From assembly GCA_019120375.1 (NCBI GenBank), contig DWVE01000028.1:9209-73208 (forward strand): a stretch of 64,000 nucleotides of DNA, written 5' to 3'. The DNA is from Candidatus Allofournierella excrementavium. GTDB taxonomy: Bacteria > Bacillota > Clostridia > Oscillospirales > Ruminococcaceae. Every line of letters starts with the position of its first letter. Position 1 is the first letter of the stretch. The position numbers were made by a program, and so were the translations under genes. Shown here piece after piece: positions 54,458 through 62,640 of the stretch. Below the pieces are notes generated by a model. The model did not search any database. It worked only from the letters and a program-made list of their open reading frames with translations, and was not told the DNA's origin.

Positions 54458-56187
54458 ACCGCGTCCCCCCTTTTATACTGTTCCAGTTCCTGCTGGGCGT
54501 TCCAGAGCCGGGCGTAGACCCTGCCCCGGGCCAGCAGTTCGGCGTGGCCGCCCTCTTCCGCCACCCGGCCGTTCTCCAGCACATAGAGCCTGTCCGCCCC
54601 GGCCACGTTGGCCAGCCGGTGGGAGATGAGGATGACCGTCTTTGTCTTTGCCAGCTCGGTGATGCGGGCCATGATGTCGTTCTCGCTTTCCACGTCGATG
54701 TTGGAGGTAGCCTCGTCGAAGATGTAAACGGGGCTGTCGTGCAAAAGGGCCCGGGCCAGGGCAAGGCGCTGGCACTGGCCGCCGGAGAGGTTCGAGCCCT
54801 TCTCCGTCACCGGGGCGTCCAAGCCCCCTTCCCCGCGCACAAAGTCCGCCAGATTCACCTGCTCCAGCGCCTGCCAGAGGGCCTCGTCCGGCGCGTCCGG
54901 CCGGGCCATGCGCAGGTTCTCCGCCACGGTGCCCTTGAACAGATAACTGTTGTGGGAGATATAGGTGATGTGCCGGGCCAGGGCCGCCTCGTTGATGTCT
55001 TCCAGGGGCCGCCCGCCCATCGTGACGCTGCCGCCCTGCGGTCGGCGGCGGCCGGTGAGCAGCGAGGCCACGGTGGACTTGCCGGAGCCGGACTCGCCCA
55101 CCACGGCGGTGAAGCTGCCCGCCGGGAATTCCATGGTCACGCCCCGCAGCACCGGGCGGTCCGCCTCATAGGCAAAGGCCGCGCCCCGCAGAGCGACGCC
55201 GCCCTCTTCGGGCACCTGCCCGCCCGCCATGGGCGCTTCGGGCAGGTCCAGCAGGCGGAAAATGCGCTCCGCCGCGGCCATGCCGTTCATGGCCACGTGG
55301 AAGAAGCTGCCCAGCAGGCGCATGGGCAGAAAGAACTCCGCCGCCAGCAGGATGATGAACAGCGCCCCCGCCAGGTCCACCCGGCCGGCGGCAAAACGGC
55401 TCACCGCCAGGGCCATGCCCGCCGCCGCGCCGCCGTAGGCGATGAGGTCCATGATGGTGATGGAGTTCAGCTGCATGGTGAGCACCTTCATGGTGATGCG
55501 GCGGAACTGCTCGGCCTGCCGGTTCATCTCGGCGTGCTTCTGCCCGTCCGCGCCGTAAATTTTCAGGGTGGTCAGGCCCTGCAGGTTTTCCAGAAAGGTG
55601 TCGCCCAGGGCGGTGTACTGCCCCCAGTAGCGGCCCAGCAGCTTTTTGGCCCAGGTCTGCACCGCCGCGATGGACACCGGGATGAGCGGCACACACACCA
55701 GCAGCACCACGGCGCTCGTCACATCCACCGGGGCCAGCACCGCGAACAGGGTCAGCGGCGCCAGCATGGCGTAGAAAAACTGGGGCAGGTACTGGCCGAA
55801 GTAGACCTCCAGCTGGTCCACCCCTTCCACCGCCACCTGCACGGCCTCGCTGGTGCGCACCTGCTGCCGGCCCGCCGCGCCCAGGCGCAGCAGCTTTTCA
55901 TAGATAAGGCGGCGCAGTTTTGCCTTCACCGCCCGGCTGGAGCGCCAGCTCATGCCCGCCGAGGCCAGAGTGCAGCCAAAGCGCACCGCCAGCGCGGCGG
56001 CGGCCAGCGCACCCAGTCGCAGCAGGCCGGACGGGTCGGCCGTGCCCGCCCACAGCGCCGCCAGCAGGCGGCAGACCGCGCCGGTGAGCAAGATGTTCGC
56101 CGCCAGCGACACCCACTGGAACGCCACCCCCGCCGCGATGTACTTTTTGCTCTCGCTGACCATACCGATCAGCCGTGTGTTGATCAT
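54454..56187 (-). CDS. ABC transporter permease/ATP-binding protein (CydD-like half transporter)
   Basis: 577 aa. 6 TM segments plus an NBD with GESGSGKST, LSGGQCQR and IFDEATSNID. 4-nt overlap with the partner gene. Confidence 0.85.
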   Translation of the reverse strand: MINTRLIGMVSESKKYIAAGVAFQWVSLAANILLTGAVCRLLAALWAGTADPSGLLRLGALAAAALAVRFGCTLASAGMSWRSSRAVKAKLRRLIYEKLLRLGAAGRQQVRTSEAVQVAVEGVDQLEVYFGQYLPQFFYAMLAPLTLFAVLAPVDVTSAVVLLVCVPLIPVSIAAVQTWAKKLLGRYWGQYTALGDTFLENLQGLTTLKIYGADGQKHAEMNRQAEQFRRITMKVLTMQLNSITIMDLIAYGGAAAGMALAVSRFAAGRVDLAGALFIILLAAEFFLPMRLLGSFFHVAMNGMAAAERIFRLLDLPEAPMAGGQVPEEGGVALRGAAFAYEADRPVLRGVTMEFPAGSFTAVVGESGSGKSTVASLLTGRRRPQGGSVTMGGRPLEDINEAALARHITYISHNSYLFKGTVAENLRMARPDAPDEALWQALEQVNLADFVRGEGGLDAPVTEKGSNLSGGQCQRLALARALLHDSPVYIFDEATSNIDVESENDIMARITELAKTKTVILISHRLANVAGADRLYVLENGRVAEEGGHAELLARGRVYARLWNAQQELEQYKRGDAV

Positions 56188-56218
56188 CGTTTCTCTCCCC
56201 CCGCGCCTTCAAGCGCAA

Positions 56219-56270
56219 ATGTTAGTTTTAGCTAACTTCAAATCCAAAAAGTTGGTTAGCCTTAGCTAAC
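56219..56270 (-). promoter_or_regulatory. promoter TTGGAT-N17-TAACAT with two copies of a 16-bp operator, GTTAGyyTTAGCTAAC
   Basis: Sites at 56221-56236 (GTTAGTTTTAGCTAAC) and 56255-56270 (GTTAGCCTTAGCTAAC), 34 nt apart. Each is GTTAG-N6-CTAAC. -10 is the complement of 56219-56224 and -35 the complement of 56242-56247. Confidence 0.55.
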
Positions 56271-56387
56271 CACGGTACAGGATACCACATTCTCCTCCTC
56301 TTTGTCAAGGGAAAATGCGGGAGGGCGGCCCGGCGCAGACCGGCAGAGGCCGGGCGCAGCCTTCCAAAGAGCGCGGGGGCGGGCGGT

Positions 56388-57656
56388 TCAGCTTTGTACG
56401 GAGGGCAGGCTGACCAGCAGGCAGAAGCGCCCCTGATCGGCCCCGGCCTGCAGTGTTCCGCCGCACCGCTGGGCGATCTCCCGCATGCCGGGGATGCCGA
56501 AGCCGTGGGCGGTGCGGTCCGCCTTGGTGGTGGCAAGGTCCGGGTCCACCGGGCCGGAAACGGGGTTTTCCACCCGCAGCATGAACAGACCCTTATCCTG
56601 CCGGCAGCGCAGGCGCACCCAGGGGTCGGGGCAGCGGGCCGCGCCCTCCCGGGCGTTGTCCAGCGCGTTGCCCAAAAGGGCGCAGAGGTCGGTGTCCGAC
56701 AGGGGCAGCGAGGAGGGCAGCTGGGCCTTGAAATCCGCCCGCACGCCCGCCTGCTCCAGCTCCGCCGCCTTCACCGCCAGCACCACGTTGGCCGCCTCGT
56801 TCTCGCAAAAGCGCACGGGGCCTTGCAGCCCTTCCTGGCGGCCCAGCTCGTCCAGATAGGCGCAGGCCTCCGCCCAGCGCTTTTGCTCCATCAGCCCGCC
56901 CAGCACCGAGAGGTGGTTGCGCAGATCGTGGCGCAGCTGGCGCACCTGGCTCTCCCGGGCGCGCAGGGCCTGATAATAGGCCTCCCGCAGAGAGGCCAGC
57001 CGCCGGACCTGTTCCAGCGTTTCGTGCTCGGCCAGCACGAGGATGGCAAAGAGCAGCAGCACCGAGGTGACCAGCGCCACCGGCAACACCGCGAGGCCCA
57101 TTTTCAAGGCGAGGGTGTCCACCTGGGGCGAGGGTTCCGCCCCGCCGGTGAGCAGTACCACCGCCGCCAGCGAGCACAGGGGCATGGCCGCAAGGCCCAG
57201 CACCAGCCGCCACAGCCGGAGCGAAAGGCTGACCGGCTGGTCCGGCAGGCGTTTTTTCAGCGCCAGCCATATCCCTGCCAGCGCCGCGGCGCGCAGCAAG
57301 AGGGAGAACGCGTCGCGGGTGAAGCCGCCCCGGAGCGCCTCCGCCGCGTAGTTATCAATGAGTGCGTTCAGCGACATGATGAGGCAGAAGAGGATGACCC
57401 CCACCGCCAGCCGCCCCGCAAGGTCGCCCCGGGTGCAGAGCAAAAATGCCGCCAGAAACACCGGCAGCGCGTAGAGCAGGTTCGGGTCCCCCACCCAGAT
57501 GGGCAGGCTGCCCATGTAGCCCAGGCCCACCAGCATCAGCGCTTTCTGCCACCGGCGGCCCCGCAAATCGGCAAAGGGGCGGCAGAGCAGAAAGGCGGGC
57601 GCGCCGATGCAGACGGAGCAGACAAGGCTCAAAAAAATCAGAAGCAGTTCATCCAT
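56388..57656 (-). CDS. sensor histidine kinase, AgrC/ComD-like (HPK10, GHKL ATPase)
   Basis: 422 aa, about 6 N-terminal TM helices. H-box QLRHDLRNHL, N-box LLGNALDNA, G-box HGFGIPGM. Confidence 0.85.
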   Translation of the reverse strand: MDELLLIFLSLVCSVCIGAPAFLLCRPFADLRGRRWQKALMLVGLGYMGSLPIWVGDPNLLYALPVFLAAFLLCTRGDLAGRLAVGVILFCLIMSLNALIDNYAAEALRGGFTRDAFSLLLRAAALAGIWLALKKRLPDQPVSLSLRLWRLVLGLAAMPLCSLAAVVLLTGGAEPSPQVDTLALKMGLAVLPVALVTSVLLLFAILVLAEHETLEQVRRLASLREAYYQALRARESQVRQLRHDLRNHLSVLGGLMEQKRWAEACAYLDELGRQEGLQGPVRFCENEAANVVLAVKAAELEQAGVRADFKAQLPSSLPLSDTDLCALLGNALDNAREGAARCPDPWVRLRCRQDKGLFMLRVENPVSGPVDPDLATTKADRTAHGFGIPGMREIAQRCGGTLQAGADQGRFCLLVSLPSVQS

Positions 57657-57660
57657 CGCG

Positions 57661-58374
57661 TCAGTCCCCCAGTTCCGCCCGGGCCATGGCCAGCAGCGCC
57701 CCCTGCCGGCAGGAGCGGCTCACCGGCAGCGAAGCGCCGCCGGCGAGATATACCTCCGCGCCCTCCAGCCGCTCCACCGCCGCCGCACGCACCAGATACC
57801 GCTGATGCACCCGCACAAAGTCCGGCCCCAGCTGGGCGGCCACGTCGTCCAGCTTGCCGTAAAAGGTATACGAACGGTCTGCCGTCACGCAGGTCACCTG
57901 CCGCCGGTCGGAGGAAAAGTAAAGTATCTTTTGCAGGGGGATGCGGTAATACACCTCGCCGCTGCGGCAGACATAGGCCCGCTCCAGCGCGCGGCACAGC
58001 GCCGCCCCGGCCCGGTCCAGCATCTCCTCCAGCGCCTCGGGGGCCGGGGGCTTGAGCAGGTAGCCCAGCGCCCCCACGCCGTAGCCGTCGAACACCCGGT
58101 CGGCGTGGCCGGTGACGAACACGATCTGCAGCCCCTCGTCCGCCGCCCGCAGCCGCCGGGCGGTCTCGATGCCGTCCACCTCGCCCATCTCCAGGTCCAG
58201 GAACACCAGGTCCAGCTCCCCCGCGTGGCCTTCCAGCCAGCGCAGCAGGTTCTCCCCGGCGGAAAATTCAAAGAACGCGGCGGTGATGCGGCGCTTTTCC
58301 ACCGCGCGCTCCAGCGCGGCCCGCAGCACCAGCCGGGCGTCGTACACGTCGTCGCAGATGCCGATGCGAAGCAC
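57661..58374 (-). CDS. LytTR-family response regulator
   Basis: 237 aa from a GTG (complement of 58372-58374) preceded by GGAAAGGAGGGGGAG. Receiver domain (ICDD, DLVFLDLEM) and a LytTR domain (ILYFSSDRRQV...HQRYLV). Confidence 0.85.
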   Translation of the reverse strand: MLRIGICDDVYDARLVLRAALERAVEKRRITAAFFEFSAGENLLRWLEGHAGELDLVFLDLEMGEVDGIETARRLRAADEGLQIVFVTGHADRVFDGYGVGALGYLLKPPAPEALEEMLDRAGAALCRALERAYVCRSGEVYYRIPLQKILYFSSDRRQVTCVTADRSYTFYGKLDDVAAQLGPDFVRVHQRYLVRAAAVERLEGAEVYLAGGASLPVSRSCRQGALLAMARAELGD

Positions 58375-58609
58375 GGCGCTCCCCCTCCTTTCCGGGTTTC
58401 TGCGGGTATTGTACCACGGCGGGGCCCGAAGCGCCAAACCAAACTTGACGGCAGAGCCGCCAAATTTTACATGCTCCGCCCCCGCCGCGCAAAAGCTGGC
58501 CTCTCCCGCCCCGAACTTGACCGCCCCGTTTGCGCCGCCGGGCTGCCAGCGTTACCCTCAAAGCAGAGGGCCGGGCGTTTTTCCGGCCCCGGAAAGGAAG
58601 GAACACGAC

Positions 58610-59353
58610 ATGCTCACGGTGAAAGACCTTTACAAATCCTACCGGGTAGGCGGCTCCACCTACGACGTGCTGAGCGGGGTGAGCCTGACGGTGGAAAAAG
58701 GAGAGTTCGTGGCGGTGATGGGGCCCTCCGGCTCCGGCAAGACCACCCTGCTCAACTGCATCTCCTGCTACACCCCCGCCGACTCCGGCAGCATCCTGCT
58801 GGACGGAGTGGAGCTGGCCCGGCTGAAGGAGGACGAACTGGCCGGGGTGCGCAACCGGAAACTGGGCTTCGTCTTTCAGGATTTTCTTTTGCTGGACGGC
58901 CTCTCGGTGCGGGAGAACATCCTGCTGCCGGCCATTTTGAGCGGGCACATCAACAGCACCGCCGAGGCCCGGGCGGACCAACTGTGCGATGTGTTCGGCA
59001 TCGGCGGCATCCGGGACAAATACCCCGCCGAGATCTCCGGCGGCGAAAAGCAGCGCACGGCGGTGGCCCGGGCGCTCATCAACCATCCGCTGCTGGTGCT
59101 GGCAGACGAACCCACCGGCAATCTGGACTCCAAGTCCGCCCGGGCGGTGATCCGCACCTTTGAGCAGGCCCGGCAGGCGCTGGGGGCCACCATCTTCATG
59201 GTGACTCACGACTCCTACGCCGCCTCCCACTGCGACCGGGTGGTCATCTTGCAGGACGGCCGGGTGCGCCGCACGCTGGAAAAGGGCGGCATGGAGCGCG
59301 GCGCGTTCCAGGACCTGCTGCTGGACGCCATCCGGGAAATGGGAAAGGAGTGA
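58610..59353 (+). CDS. ABC transporter ATP-binding protein (BceA/MacB-like)
   Basis: 247 aa from MLTVKDLYKSY (GGAAAGGAAGG RBS). GPSGSGKTT, ISGGEKQR, LLVLADEPTGNLD. Confidence 0.9.
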   Translation: MLTVKDLYKSYRVGGSTYDVLSGVSLTVEKGEFVAVMGPSGSGKTTLLNCISCYTPADSGSILLDGVELARLKEDELAGVRNRKLGFVFQDFLLLDGLSVRENILLPAILSGHINSTAEARADQLCDVFGIGGIRDKYPAEISGGEKQRTAVARALINHPLLVLADEPTGNLDSKSARAVIRTFEQARQALGATIFMVTHDSYAASHCDRVVILQDGRVRRTLEKGGMERGAFQDLLLDAIREMGKE

Positions 59354-59359
59354 GCGGGC

Positions 59360-61480
59360 GTGAACAGCTTTACTTCCGTGTGGGCCCGGCTGCGCAGCCG
59401 CGGCCGCAGCCGCTACGCCCTTTTGGCCGGGTGCTGCTTTTTCTCCACGCTGCTCATCACCGCCTACGCCCTGATGATGCGCGCGCCCACCATCCTTGAG
59501 GTGCTGCCCGAGGGGGGCGACAGCCGCAAGCAGGTCATCATGGTCTTTGCGCTGGCGGTGCTGGGCTGCGGGGTGTTCACCGCCTACGCCGCCGGGCTGT
59601 TTTTCCGACAGCGCTCCCGGGAGACGGGGGTGTTTCTGGCGCTGGGGGCCAGCCGGGGACAGGTGCAGGCGCTGCTGCTGCCGGAGGTGTGCGTGCTGGG
59701 GCTGACCGCCTGCGGGGCGGGGGCTGTGCTGGGCGTGCCGCTGGCCTTCGGGCTGTGGCAGCTGTTCCGCGCCTTTGTGGTGGACAGCGGCGAGATGCCC
59801 CTGCGCTTTGACTTCGGCGCGCTGGCCTGGCCGCTGGCCTTTGCCGCCTACACGGTGCTCATGCTGCTGTGGATGGGCCGGCGCTCGGTGCGCAAGGCCA
59901 GCATCATGGAGGTGGTGCGCCAGAGCCACACCGCCGAGCCGGTGCGGGCGGTGCCCCGCTTCTACGGCTGGCTGGGCATCCTGCTGACGGCGGCGGGCTG
60001 CCTGTGCGGCTATCTTGTGCCCACCATCTGCGTGCGGTGGCTGCACTGGTATGCCCCCGCCATTTTCACCGCGCCGTTCTATCTGCCCGCGCTGGCGGGG
60101 CTGTACATGATGCTGCTGCACACGGTGGCCAACGGCTGGGGCCGCAGAGCCGCCTGGCACCGGGACATCCTCTCGGTGTCCATGATGCGCTTCGAGGGCC
60201 GCCAGACGGTGCGCAACATGCTGGTGATGACGGTGCTCATCGGCGGGGCGTGCTTCGCGGGCTTCTATGCGCCCATGCTGGGCACCGGCTCCATGCTCAG
60301 CTACGACGCCCGCCCGGTGGACTTTGCCTTCCACTACCGGGCCGACCAGGACATGCCCCAGAAGGACGAGGTGCTGGCGCTGGCCGAAGGGTACGGCGTG
60401 GAGGTGACCCATTGGGCCGAGGCGCCCATGGCGCGCCTGGGGGTGGACGGCGAGCACGACGTGGAGACCGAGGGCCCGCTGGGCACCACCTGGGAGGCCG
60501 TGTACAGCGAGCTGGATTCCTCGGAGCTGTTTTTGTCCGAGAGCGGCTGGAACGCCCTCACCGGCGAGAGCGTGGGCATCGCGCCGGGGCAGGCCGCGGC
60601 GGTGCTGGACACTTCCGGCAGCAGCCAGGGCAGGTTCTCCCCCGGCATCAGCCTTGTGACCAACACCGCCACCGGCCGGTGCCTGCACGTCAGCGCCGCC
60701 GCGCCGCTGCGCAGCGACATGCTGTTCGGGTATTTCGTGCTGGACGACGGCGACTGGGCCGCGGTGACCGCCGGCCTGCCCGGCGACTGGCGGGAGCAGA
60801 TGGTCTTTTTTGACGCGGCGGAGGGCGGTGATGAATACGCCTTTGCCAAGGCGCTCTTCAACGAGATCGTGGACCGCTCCGGTCCGGAGGTGGCCCTGCA
60901 CAGCGGCTGGGACCCGGTGGTGCGCCAGCGCTATATCGAGGAAGAGGGCTCCTATTTCCTGGACCGGGAGACCCTTTTGGCAAACGGCGAGAGCGTCATC
61001 GACTACGCCCTGCGGGACAGCTCCGAGTTCCGCCTGTTCTGGCAGTATATGCCCCAGTTCCGGGCGCTGGACAAGGCGGACTTTGTGCGCACGCTGGCGG
61101 TGTTTCTGATGCTGTTCCTTTTCATCAGCACCGTGTGCTTTGCGGCGGCGGCGGTCATCGGTTTCGTGCGCAGCCTCACCATCGCGCTGGAAAACCGCCG
61201 GGTCTACGGCGATCTGCGCCGGCTGGGCGCGTCGGCGGACTGGATGCGCCGCTCGGCCCGCAGCCAGGTGCGGCGGGTGTTCACCGTGCCCACCGCCGCG
61301 GGCATCGGCCTCATGTACGCCTTTTACGGCATGATCATGTTTTTCAACGACGGCAGTTTCACCGCCGGCGAGCTGGCGGGCCTTGTCAGCTGCCTTGGGC
61401 TGGCGGCGGCGGTGGCCGCGGCGCTCTGGTGCGTGTACCGGCTGGCGGTGCGGGGCGTTTTTCGTGTGCTGGGGCTTTGA
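59360..61480 (+). CDS. FtsX-domain ABC transporter permease (BceB-like)
   Basis: 706 aa, GTG start. About 10 TM segments, with a large soluble loop (roughly residues 330-560) between TM blocks. Confidence 0.8.
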   Translation: MNSFTSVWARLRSRGRSRYALLAGCCFFSTLLITAYALMMRAPTILEVLPEGGDSRKQVIMVFALAVLGCGVFTAYAAGLFFRQRSRETGVFLALGASRGQVQALLLPEVCVLGLTACGAGAVLGVPLAFGLWQLFRAFVVDSGEMPLRFDFGALAWPLAFAAYTVLMLLWMGRRSVRKASIMEVVRQSHTAEPVRAVPRFYGWLGILLTAAGCLCGYLVPTICVRWLHWYAPAIFTAPFYLPALAGLYMMLLHTVANGWGRRAAWHRDILSVSMMRFEGRQTVRNMLVMTVLIGGACFAGFYAPMLGTGSMLSYDARPVDFAFHYRADQDMPQKDEVLALAEGYGVEVTHWAEAPMARLGVDGEHDVETEGPLGTTWEAVYSELDSSELFLSESGWNALTGESVGIAPGQAAAVLDTSGSSQGRFSPGISLVTNTATGRCLHVSAAAPLRSDMLFGYFVLDDGDWAAVTAGLPGDWREQMVFFDAAEGGDEYAFAKALFNEIVDRSGPEVALHSGWDPVVRQRYIEEEGSYFLDRETLLANGESVIDYALRDSSEFRLFWQYMPQFRALDKADFVRTLAVFLMLFLFISTVCFAAAAVIGFVRSLTIALENRRVYGDLRRLGASADWMRRSARSQVRRVFTVPTAAGIGLMYAFYGMIMFFNDGSFTAGELAGLVSCLGLAAAVAAALWCVYRLAVRGVFRVLGL

Positions 61481-61487
61481 CGCGCCG

Positions 61488-61516
61488 TTGACATCCGGCC
61501 CGCCGCGTGGGATACT
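61488..61516 (+). promoter_or_regulatory. promoter TTGACA-N17-GATACT
   Basis: -35 at 61488-61493 and -10 at 61511-61516, upstream of the hypothetical gene with an AAAGGAGG RBS. Confidence 0.5.
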
Positions 61517-61555
61517 TATAACAAATCAGCGCCTGCGCGCAAAGGAGGCCCCATC

Positions 61556-62170
61556 ATGGCACATCCCCAAACTTCCTGGCCCGAGCGGTATTATGAAGAG
61601 TTTGACCCGGAAAGGCGGCGCAGGCTGCTGGACGAGGCCATGGCCGCGGGCGAAGGCGACGCGGCGGAAAATGAGATCCGCCGCAGGTTGTGGGAACTGC
61701 GCTATGTGCGGCCCCGGAAGAACGCCCCGCTGGCGGACCGCTATATCGCCCTGTGGCTGTCGCTGGACCACTGGCGCAAGGTGGGGCTTGCCCCCCGTCA
61801 GGTGCGCGCCGCCCGCAAGGAGCTGGAAAAGATGACCGGTCTTTTGCAGCCGGAGGGTGACGCGGACCTTGTGCAGCCGCTGCTGCACAGCGAGCTGATG
61901 CACGCGGTGCGGCTGTATCTGACCACCTGCGTTCAGAGCAACTACGGCACCATGCTGATGGGCATGATGCGCATGAAGGACGAGCAGATCGTCGGCAAGG
62001 CGGCAAAGGAAGTGGCGGAGGTGACCCTGACGGTGCCCCGCTGGGCGGGCATGGACGAGGCCTTCGCTCCCCTTGCCCCCGCCGCCCGGGAGGCCTTCGC
62101 CCTGGTGTTCCCCGCCGGGACCGAGGCGCTGGAACGCGCCTTTGCCCAGTGCGGGCAGGCCGAAGCGTGA
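61556..62170 (+). CDS. hypothetical protein (helical, no recognised motif)
   Basis: 204 aa. Strong RBS (AAAGGAGG), its own promoter and a terminator. GC3-biased codon usage like its neighbours. Confidence 0.7.
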   Translation: MAHPQTSWPERYYEEFDPERRRRLLDEAMAAGEGDAAENEIRRRLWELRYVRPRKNAPLADRYIALWLSLDHWRKVGLAPRQVRAARKELEKMTGLLQPEGDADLVQPLLHSELMHAVRLYLTTCVQSNYGTMLMGMMRMKDEQIVGKAAKEVAEVTLTVPRWAGMDEAFAPLAPAAREAFALVFPAGTEALERAFAQCGQAEA

Positions 62171-62187
62171 GCACAACGAAAAACAAA

Positions 62188-62215
62188 CAGGGCCTCCGGC
62201 GGAGGTCCTGTTTTT
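62188..62215 (+). terminator. intrinsic terminator
   Basis: Stem CAGGGCCTCC / GGAGGTCCTG (one G-T pair), loop GGC, then T5. Confidence 0.75.
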
Positions 62216-62303
62216 GCTTGCGGCCCTTGAGTGACGTCATCACTGAAAAAAGCCGCGTTTGGGGGTATACTAAACTCAAACAAAAGGAAAGGAGCTGACC
62301 GGT

Positions 62304-62627
62304 ATGGCAGCCATCAACATAAACGCAGAACAATTCAAGCAGAGCGCAGCGGGGGACAAGCCCCTTCTGGTGGACTTCTGGGCCCCCTGGTGCGGCTACT
62401 GCCGGCGCATCGGCCCCGCCTATGACCAGATCGCCGGGGAGTATTCCGACCGGCTGACGGTGGCCAAGGTGAACATCGACGAGGACGGCCAACTGGCGAA
62501 GGACGCAGGGGTGGAGGTCATCCCCACCCTGGTGCTCTACCGGGACGGCAAGGCGCTGGGCTCCATCGTCGCCCCCGACTCCAAGGCGGCCATCGACCGG
62601 TTCATCCGGGAGACGCTGGAGCAGTGA
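62304..62627 (+). CDS. trxA: thioredoxin (active site WCGYC)
   Basis: 107 aa. LVDFWAPWCGYCRRIGP, VAKVNIDE, IPTLVLY. AGGAG RBS. Confidence 0.9.
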   Translation: MAAININAEQFKQSAAGDKPLLVDFWAPWCGYCRRIGPAYDQIAGEYSDRLTVAKVNIDEDGQLAKDAGVEVIPTLVLYRDGKALGSIVAPDSKAAIDRFIRETLEQ

Positions 62628-62640
62628 GGAGACACCGAAG

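Noticed and set aside
58268-60901. 877-aa minus-strand ORF
   Set aside because: It is antisense to the BceA/BceB-like ABC genes, with the same low-complexity composition.
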